64,000 nucleotides of DNA from Carcharhinus longimanus (taxonomy: Eukaryota): NCBI GenBank assembly GCA_030264375.1, contig JASCQW010000043.1, positions 72,187,124 to 72,251,123 of the forward strand, written 5' to 3'. The position numbers and the translations under genes were made by a program. The number at the start of each line of letters is the position of its first letter. Position 1 is the first letter of the stretch. Below the pieces are notes generated by a model. That model had not been told where the DNA came from, searched no databases, and saw only the letters and a list, made by a program, of their open reading frames with translations. Shown here in pieces: positions 55,570-64,000 of the stretch.

Positions 55570-56226
55570 AAGCATTAGCTGTTAAGAACTTTAGAAGGTA
55601 TGAAATTCCTGGGGCTGGACTTCATTCCAGAAACATAGCTGAGCAGGGTTCCAGGCACAATGTCTTGTCACAATGTGGCCCTGATCCTGTCCAAAGGTGA
55701 TGTGTATGACAGGGTGAGGGGGTCATGAAGCTTTGTGCAATGATATCTGACTAATTGTTCCAGTCAAAGTAGGCCTAAGTATAAGTGTAAAATAAATTGT
55801 TTGTTGTCATTAGGAGACTGGTATTTCCTTAAGTTCTGAACACCATTTCCATCAAGATCTCATTGTGCTGGTGTGCTTCATACTAGTGGCATGTAAAGTA
55901 GAATTGTGGCATTTCTGAGCCAGCAGTCCTACCTCTTCCACTGATATCTGTATGGAGTGGGTCAGATACAAGAACTGCCAACAAGCACTTCTAATGGAAA
56001 CTTGTACTTGATAAAATAAAGAGACAAACACTTGGTGCAATCAGATCCTGCTGCAATCTCAACCACCCAACCCATATATATTGCCAGATTTCCCTTGCTC
56101 TCCACTCCTAGGAACTCCAGAGCTTCAGTGTTCAGAAAGCTTTACCATTGAGAAATGCAAGTGATGATGTAATGTTCCATGGGGTTACTCCCACTCATCT
56201 GCTTCAGTGAATGAGTAACAGAAGCC
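55570..56226 (-). pseudogene. HormR-like and GAIN-A exon remnants (starts 56226, 56006, 55774)
   Basis: Acceptors gcttttccag|GFCYSFTEADEW..TPWNITSSL..NGKAF; ttttatcaag|VQVSIRSACWQFLYLTHSIQISVEEVGLLAQK; ttatacttag|PTLTGTISQISLHK..HPVIHITF..DIVPGTLLS. Donor gtgagt at 55569-55564. Confidence 0.65.
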
Positions 56227-56364
56227 CTGGAAAAGCAACTTAACAATGTTAAGGTGCTTTTATTACAGCACAAGTTNNNNNNNNNNTTTTAAGTTGATGA
56301 ATTCATCACCATAATATCTAAAACGTGCTGTAATAAAAGCACCTTAACATTGTTATGTCTTCTG

Positions 56365-56560
56365 GTTCCCAATAGGTTCAAAGTAACCACACTTTACACT
56401 TCAAAATGCTGAGGTTTTATCAATAGTATTTCTTGCATCTCTTCACATGGCCAATTCATTGTTACACAGCACATATCTGCAGTGCAACAGTGAATGTGGC
56501 ATCCGAGGATATGTGCTCACATGGTTAGTTCCTAACTCCTTGCAAATAATGTAACATAAC
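56365..56560 (-). pseudogene. SEA-like module remnant 2 (5' part lost under a MITE)
   Basis: SDATFTVALQ..VTMNWPCEEMQEILLIKPQHFEV*SVVTLNLLG. Ends in LG just before the GFC exon, like recalled ADGRG6 RQLG|HC. Confidence 0.5.
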
Positions 56561-57630
56561 AGGGGCAATTCTCCCAGCCTGCTGCACTGTTCTAGCAGAA
56601 CAACAATCTGGGAGACATTAGCAGACACCATTTAGCAGGCTCCCCCACTGGGCAACACGGCCTCCGCATGTCTCAGGCTCCAAGATTTTTAGAATCATCA
56701 GTTCTGCACCGATTTCCGGTGCGGAGCTGATTTAAATATTTAAATTATCATTTCAATGTCATTAGCAGGCCTGGAAGCCTCCGAGTCTGTGAGTAACTTC
56801 CCTTCCCCCGCCAGGAGTAGTTCCTTCCAGCGGAGTTTACAACTGCTGGCCACGAACAGGGAGCAGGCAGCCCAACCCCTCTGGAGTGACAGAGGCCTTT
56901 GAGGCCCCTAGGAGGTTTGGGGTAAAGGTGAGATACTCCCTGAGCAGTGCCAACCTGGCAGAACCTGGCCCCAGCAATGCCCAAGGGGCAACTTGGCACT
57001 GCCCACTAGAAATTGGACACTGCCAACAGGAGGGTGGGGCTATTGGGAGGGCCAATGGGGGGAGATCAGTGGGGGTGGGGGGGACCTGCTGCCATTCTGC
57101 ACAGGGATTGGTGGCAGAGGAAAGGAGACTGGTGATCGGGGCTGAGCATCCAGGTTGGGGCAGTAGGGGTTCAACCTGCCAGGGAGGTCGCAGNNNNNNN
57201 NNNNNNNNNNNNNNNNNNNNNNNNNNNNNNNNNNNNNNNNNNNNNNNNNNNNNNNNNNNNNNNNNNNNNNNNNNNNNNNNNNNNNNNNNNNNNGCGGCGC
57301 AGCCCGGTGGGGGCAGGAGGGGTTCAACCGGCCCGGGCGGTCGCAGCTGCGGCGGGGGCGGGGGGAGGGGGGTGCGTTGATGGAGGTCAGGGAGATCTGG
57401 GCTGGCCCAGGTAGCTCGAGGAGGCCAGTGATCACAGAGGAGGGGAGGTCAAGGCTCAGCAATGCAGAGTGGCAAGGCCTGTCAGTTGGGAGGCCAGCAA
57501 TGCGGGACCACTGAGCATGCACTGATCTCGGTGCTGACAGATGGGTGCACGCTCAGTGGCCCGCTCAGTGCTCTGCTGCCGGCCTCTCCAGCAAGTATAG
57601 GCCCCATCCCCAAATTTTCAGATGGATCTC
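56561..57630 (+). mobile_element. Non-autonomous DNA transposon, right end deleted
   Basis: Starts ggggcaattctcccagcctg; homologous to 17271-18365. Confidence 0.8.
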
Positions 57631-57869
57631 ACTCAGGTACTAAGAACCAGGACTGATTATCCAGCTTGATGCTAACAGTAAAGATTTTAAAAATTTTTTC
57701 ATGGAATTTGGCCATCACTGGCAAGGTCAGCATGTTTTGTTTAACTAATCTATCTAGCTCTTCTAATCATTAACTTTTTTTTAGATTAAAAACTTCTATA
57801 AATAAACTGAACACCTTAAGAATATCTTATAGCTTGTTTTGTTTTCCTAAAATATTATTCACGGTGTCA

Positions 57870-58201
57870 CTTAGGTGGTAGAATATTGTGGCTCTATCTT
57901 GTAGATTTAGAATAAATCGCTGTCACTGGTGAGTTGACACGCTGCACAGGTGATGTTGTGTGTGTTTCTCCATGTGTAGATGTGGTTGGTATTGCTAATG
58001 TTGTGTCCCTTGCTGGTAACGCTGTTAATACTGCGCCATTTGTTAGTGATACAGTTAATGTTATCTCACTGATTAGTGATGTTGCTGGTGATTATTGTTG
58101 CTTTTCCAGTTCACATGCAGGTCAAATATGGATTCTGTTGTTTCTCATTTGCTTAGCGGTTTCAGTCTCAGTGACGTATGTGACTGCAGGTGAGTCAGTC
58201 T
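57870..58201 (-). pseudogene. Mucin-like Ser/Thr/Pro-rich exon remnant 2
   Basis: Strong acceptor ctctctctttctctccctcag. TDSPAVTYVTETETAK..*..*SPATSLISEITLTVSLTNGAVLTALPARDTTLAIPTTSTHGETHTTSPVQRVNSPVTAIYSKSTR*; weak 30-nt periodicity. Confidence 0.6.
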
Positions 58202-59050
58202 CTGAGGGAGAGAAAGAGAGAGATTGTCCTTTCTGGTTAATCTTTTTGTACTTCAGGGTATGCAGCATTCTAAAGAACAGTTGTTATGATTCCTATAGAG
58301 ATCAATAATATTTATAAAGAAATTCGAACTTCTTGTAATAGCTGGAGCAGATGGCACATCAAGATTTTATGTTTTAAGATTTTTACTGTAACAGATAACT
58401 AAAAACACTATTAACTGAACACTGTTTTTGTAGGAAATTTACACTTTGAACTATAGAAAGGAATGCCCCCTTTTTAAATTAATACATATTAGACTCTCTA
58501 CACAAAATTCAGTCCTTACAACAAACAGTCCATGGTTGATCCCAGCTTCCAATGGATAGGCCTTTCCCATTTCATTGAATAGTTATTCTGAGTGATCACA
58601 TCCAGATGCTTGCCCTAGTTTTCTGAGAGTTTCCTAAATCCACTACCAGCTGTTAAGCCTGTCCCCTTTGGTAATACCTGGATGAATTTCCTAGATTCCT
58701 TAGCTGACAACAGGTTGCAGCTCTTTGACAAGAGACTGTCTCCCTCCTGCATTCAGCTATATTAGTCCACAAAGCCAAGCATTCTCTTCTCTCTGCTGAT
58801 GGTGCAAAGCTGTCAGCTGTTTGTGACATTCATTTATTTGCAGGGATGCCCGAAACCTGCTCTTTTCAGTGACTTCCTCGGCATCCTTCTCTACGTTGAC
58901 ATGAATCATATGGGCCACGTATCTAAGTAGAAGTACTAGTTAGCTATAGTTCGGAGCCCAACTGTTTCAACTTGGAACTACATGGACAGTTCAAAGCACA
59001 ACTATTTTCAATGCAACATTCTAATTTTTTAGGGACTTTGGAGACTCACA

Positions 59051-59779
59051 TGGCCCAATTTTACCATCATGTTGCACCCATTTTCGCATGTGGAAATGTG
59101 GTAAAGTTGGACATGAGGCGAGTAGTATGATCTGCGCTCACCTCCACGCTGGTTCCCCCTATACCAAAGCCAGAAAATGGCCATGATCAGGACAGTGCCT
59201 GAAATGGTTGTGACGGCCATCTAAATGCATTTATATGCATTTAGATTGACTTTATTGGCTGCATGGCCAACTTAACCGACACTTCCCCCTTTACCACTGC
59301 ATTCACCAATCCAAAATTAGTGCAAAACAGACATGTTCTATAATTATCCAATTCGGGCGCTCCATTAGTGAGGTTTAGTAGGAGCTAAGTACTTAGCGCC
59401 CAATGGCTCTCTGCTACTTACAGGGGTCCTTTTCTTGCAGCAATTTTGTTCCCCGGATTCTGGGGGGTCAGCGAGTGTGAGTGGGGGGCTTTTGCTCTGC
59501 AGGGTGTCCGATGTCTGATTTGCAGCACGGACCCAGGTCTCAGCACTGACCTCGGATTTTTGAAGGCTGCTGCGTCCTAGTGAACGTAACACTTTGCCAA
59601 CTGAAGGATGTGCAAAATTGCAATGCTGCAAGCTTTGAACTTTTCAAGGAGCTATGTTTCTGGGGAGCATGTGAATGGGGGTAATTGGCTGTCCGCTGCC
59701 ACTCTGCCTGAGATCAGTGGGGAGGAAGGGGGGTCCAAGTCCATCAAGTACTTAGAATCAAAATGGTAAAATAGGGCCC
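59051..59779. mobile_element. Non-autonomous DNA transposon with TIRs and 3-bp TSD
   Basis: aca|tggcccaattttaccat ... atggtaaaatagggccc|aca. Confidence 0.85.
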
Positions 59780-60096
59780 ACAGCCTTCACTGTTAACACA
59801 CAGGCTGCTGCCAAGGTGTAAATATCTTCCCAGTAAACTAATATAGGCTTCACTTTCAAACAACCAAATGGCTCATGCTTCCTGTCAAGCAGACTTCAGA
59901 ACAGGCCGCATGACTCCCTTGATTTTGTGTTAAATTTAAAATAGTCTTAAAACATAACAATTTAAAAACATCAAAATTGTAACAAAGCCTTTCATCTGTG
60001 TTTTAAATTTACATTTTCTGGCTACATTCTTCAATCTTGTGAAATTGGCAACCTGACTCTCACCTCAGGCTTGTAAATCATTTTGATAGATCCATC

Positions 60097-60419
60097 GAAT
60101 TGTAGAATCCCTACAATGCAGAAGGAGGCCATTCAGCCCATCAAGCCTGTGTCTACAATAATCATATCCAGGCCCTACCCCCATAATCCCACATAGTTAC
60201 TCTGCTAATCCCCCACTCTACGGGGCAATTTAACATGGCCAATCAACCTAACTTGCACATCTTTGGGCTGCAGGAGGAAACCGGAACATCCGGAGGAAAC
60301 CCACGCATTCACGGAGAGAATGTGCAAACTCCACACAGTCACCCAAGACCAGATTTGAACCCCAGCCCTAGTGCTGTAAGGCAGGTAGCAGCGCTAAGCA
60401 CTGTGCCACTGTCTTGCCC
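60097..60419 (-). mobile_element. Full-length HE1-like SINE
   Basis: Collinear with 34723-35043. Confidence 0.9.
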
Positions 60420-60779
60420 GATCCGATAATTTGACTGAGGCTGAAGATGTGAGCTTCATTTTACAAAACGTTTGTCTGGGTTTCTGCTGTCATTTTTACT
60501 TAGTCCTCACCAAATTAATCTAATTTAACCCTTTCTCTCTTGCCCTCAAAATGATGTAACTTTTCCTCTTTACCAGTGCCTTTTATAAAACTACTGAACA
60601 TCAGTTTACACTTTTACTTAAATTTCTCAAATGATATAATCAGCCTTCCAATTCATTCTGAGCAGGAACTGTGCACTTATTGTTGCAGTGGTGGCCATTT
60701 TGTCTTTGCATGATTCACTCAGTTTTTCTCTCTCATTCTGTCACTAAGTCAGGTTGATTTTTTTTTCAGAATAATTCAG

Positions 60780-61121
60780 TTAAAGTTGGGTTTGGTCACC
60801 ATATTTCTTGTATCTCTCCATGGGACTGGTGGACTGATACATTGTTACTCAGTGCTTGACTGCAGTGCAACAGTGAATGTAGCATCTTGGGATAGTTTTA
60901 GATAACAATTAATTCTTGGTACTTTATGAATAATATAACAATATATCATTGCCTTGCCTTAGTAGCAGGTCTGCAGGCAGCATATGGCATGTCAAACATC
61001 AGTAGTGTTTAAAGCTACGTATTCAACTTGGTCTTCAATGACAGAATGGCTACAAATCTCTTAACATCTGCATGGGCTGTCACACAGTACTTGAACTGAA
61101 AGTAGAAGGTCTGAAGAGGTC
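60780..61121 (-). pseudogene. SEA-like module remnant 1
   Basis: Acceptor ttttattcttaacatctgtttctag. (G)PLQTFYFQFKYCVTAHADVKRFVAILSLKTKLNT* ... QDATFTVALQ..EIQEI. The 3' half is homologous to 56365-56560. Confidence 0.5.
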
Positions 61122-61299
61122 CTAGAAACAGATGTTAAGAATAAAATTACACCAGTCATATAGAATTTTATCCAAGTATAAGTTCATCTATGTGCTACTT
61201 CAGCATATTACTTTGTTCAGATTGAATTCTCCCTTTTTTGCTTTAACAATACCATTTACATTACTTAATTTAACAGCAAATTAGAAATCTGTCCAAACA

Positions 61300-61623
61300 T
61301 GTCACCGATCTGACAAACGTTCACTGAGGAATTTCAACCCATTCAAATATAGCTTCACAGAATAAGCACATGATTCACATTCTGAACTGGTCATTGTGGA
61401 TATCTCATCAGTGTGGATGTACATGTAAATTGAGACAAGATATACAACATTGGCATTACTGTGCCAGAGGGAGTGTTGTGAAGTGGATGATGTTGACATC
61501 TGTTTTTGACCCCATCTGGGATTGGAGGATGTTACCACATTTATCTACTAGCAGCAGTTGCCTGTACTATTTATAGGTGTATTTTAGATATCCAACAAAG
61601 TAGAGAAGACGTAAAACCTTGTC
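61300..61623 (-). pseudogene. Ser/Thr-rich exon remnant 1 of the putative ADGRG pseudogene
   Basis: - strand pyrimidine-rich tract ending acgtcag (AG 61625-61624). Reads NTPINSTG..VVTSSNP..MSTSSTSQHS..HTDEISTMTSSE with stops. Confidence 0.4.
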
Positions 61624-62169
61624 CTGACGTGGGTGTAAGAGCAGTAACAATGAAATAATGCAAAGTGGGAAAGGAGGAATTGATTTGTCAAGTACATGAT
61701 TAAGATCCAGTGCTTAAATTAATGGTGAATTTTATTAATGCACAATAGCTTTCACCATGTGTTTATGAAACAAATTATGTTCTCTTGTCCATTTATACAC
61801 ATCCCCTTCATCCAAACCTTCTGAAATCATCGGAGTCTCAATTTAACTGTCTGAAACTGAACTGTAATTTATTTGTTCAGACAGCAGTTTCATTCCAAGA
61901 CAATTACAGAATTACAGATGTTTTTAATATAACACTTGAAACTTTTTTCTATTGTAAGCTCATTGTTTTGACTTCATCATCAATTTCACAAGATCTTAAT
62001 CAAGAAAGCAATGTGTTTTGCAATTGCTATATTGTTATATTCCCTGGGCTCAGTTCTTTCATCAACATCACTGGTAAGGTTCTTGTAGGGATGAAGGTTC
62101 ACAGAGGTTACAAAACAACATGCAATGGATAGTTGTGAATAGAGTTTTGTTTTTATTTCTTCACTCATG

Positions 62170-63520
62170 AATTATTAGTGTTGCTGACCAGGTTGACATT
62201 TATTGTCCACCCCTAATTGTCCTTGGAAAAGTGGAAATGAGCTGCCTTCTTGTTCAAGGAATTTGGCCCAGCAACTATGAAAGAATAGAGACTCTCAAGT
62301 CACAATGGTGAGTGACTTGGAGGGGAGTTGGCAGGTGGTACTTTTTTTGTAACTGCTTCCACAGTCTTTCCAGTCGCTAAAAGATGCAGATTTGGCAAGT
62401 GCTTTCAGAGGAGCCTTAGTAAATGGTTGCAGTGCACTTTGTAGGTGGTTTACACTGCTGCCATTATGCTTCGGCAGTGGAGGGAGTAAATGTCTGTGGA
62501 TGGGGTGCCAATCAAGTAGGCTGCTTGCCTTGAATAATGTTGAATTTCTTAAGTGATGTGGAGCTGCACTCATCCAGGCAAATGGGTTGCGCCTTGTAGG
62601 TGGTGAAAAGACTTTAGGGATTCAGGAAGTAATTTACTGCCACAGGGTACCCAGCCTCTGCCCCGATTTTACAGCTATGGTATTTATCTGTCTGGTCCTG
62701 TTAAGTTTCTGGCTTAATGGTAATTCTCAGGATATTGATGGTGGGGAAGTCAGTGAGAGTAATCCTGTAGAATATCAAGAGATGGTGTTTAGAACCTTTG
62801 TTGTTAGAGGTGGTCTTTCATTGGCCCTTAAAAAGGGAACTGAACATTTTGCAATCATTAGCGAATATGCCAATTTCTCATCTTGTAATTAAAGGAAAGT
62901 CATTGATGAAGAAGCATTAGAGCATTCACCATGTGTTTATGAAACAAACTGATGTTCTCTGAAGAACTTTTACAGAAATGTCCAGGACCTGAAATAATTG
63001 ACCTCCAACAACCATCTTCCTTTGTTCTAGTTATGATTCTTTAGTAAGGGCAACCATGTGAACATGAAAGCAGAGTTAGCTGTAGTAATCTGAGACATTG
63101 GGCTAGGGAATATATTAATAGAGAAGCACTGACAAACATTCAGGGGGATATTGTAGAATACTCAGAATAAGTATATTCCGACTATAAAAATTCTGAGACG
63201 ACCCACCATTTGCGGTTAACTGAAGAAGTTAAGGAAAGCATCAAACTAAAGGAAAAAGCATACATGCAAAAATGAGTAGCAGATCAGATAATTGCTCATA
63301 ATATAAAGAATGGCAGAGAATAACTGCAGAGAATGGGAGCATTTCAATGATAAGCACAATAAGTCAGTAAGATTTAAGGTATATAAGGAAAAGAATAAAG
63401 ATGAACTGGAAATAAAGATTCTAAATTTGGGGAAGGCTGAGTTTAATAGGATAAGATAGGGTTTGGCCAAAGTGGACTGGGAGCAGCTTCTAGGAAAATC
63501 CACATCAGAACAGTGGGAAT
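62170..63520. mobile_element. LINE fragments: CR1/L2-group (-) then two CR1 ORF2 pieces (+)
   Basis: Homology to 54330-55360 and to 16790-17110. Confidence 0.7.
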
Positions 63521-63536
63521 CATAGAAAATAAAGAG

Positions 63537-64000
63537 TGTTGTGCCTGCCGCACAGTCTGTTTTAATCCTTATATGGTGGACAAATAACTGTGAGTAGACG
63601 TCTTGTTAGTACAACCCATATTTATTTAAGATACACAATCAATAATCACCCACCTAACCAACAATAAGTTATCTTTACAGAAAATACTAGAGTTCAAGTT
63701 CAGTACTAGACCTTGATTTAACTTTGTGTGACTGGCAAGTACCCAAGCAGATATTGGCCTTTATCTGTGCATTGGTCTCGGTCGTCCTCTGTGTGGTCTG
63801 GTCTTTTTGTTTGGGCTGGCATTCTGGCTTTGGTCTTACTTCCTTCTCGGGTGTGGTGGCTCCTCTTGTGCCGGTCACCTCTGGAGATGGTCACCGTTGT
63901 TGTAGCTTGTTCATGGGGTCAGAGAGAGAGGTTCTTGATTGCGCAACACCCTTTATATCACTTTGGGTTTCACACCCCTTTTGGCAATTGCTAATCAATC
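63537..64000 (-). mobile_element. Probable LTR, running off the window end
   Basis: Abrupt TGTT boundary; - strand AATAAA at 63626-63621 and TATAAA at 63957-63952, in LTR-like order. Confidence 0.5.

Noticed and set aside
55620-55680. TRHCAWNP..FWNE as a second HormR motif
   Set aside because: The alternative frame IVPGT fits the GAIN exon expected at this position.
57934-58308. + strand 124-aa Val-rich ORF
   Set aside because: Antisense shadow of the - strand Thr-rich exon remnant.

Overview
Vertebrate genomic DNA, almost certainly a shark or ray, judged from HE1/V-SINE-like and SacSINE1/DeuSINE-like elements plus abundant CR1/L2/Rex1 LINEs and Harbinger-type DNA transposons. The window lies inside a + strand NTRK2 (TrkB) gene. 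Four coding exons splice in frame with canonical GT-AG sites: 20735-20923, 38309-38439 (missed by the ORF track), 40803-40975 and 52027-52267. They encode the juxtamembrane NPQY (Shc) region and the kinase through the YSTDYY activation loop; the 5' exons and last kinase exons are outside the window. The main hidden signal is on the - strand at about 51100-62100: a collinear series of decayed exon remnants, many behind pyrimidine-tract/AG acceptors. By manual translation they read, in N-to-C order, as pentraxin-end? / S-T-rich / SEA / S-T-rich / SEA / HormR / GAIN / GPS / 7TM of an ADGRG-type (ADGRG6/G4/G2-like) adhesion GPCR. This looks like an antisense pseudogene nested in NTRK2 and interleaved with one kinase exon. 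The rest is intronic TE debris, minisatellites, two DNA-repair-type rearrangement footprints and ten N-gaps. All family comparisons were made by eye against recalled sequences; no searches were run, and TE boundaries are approximate.
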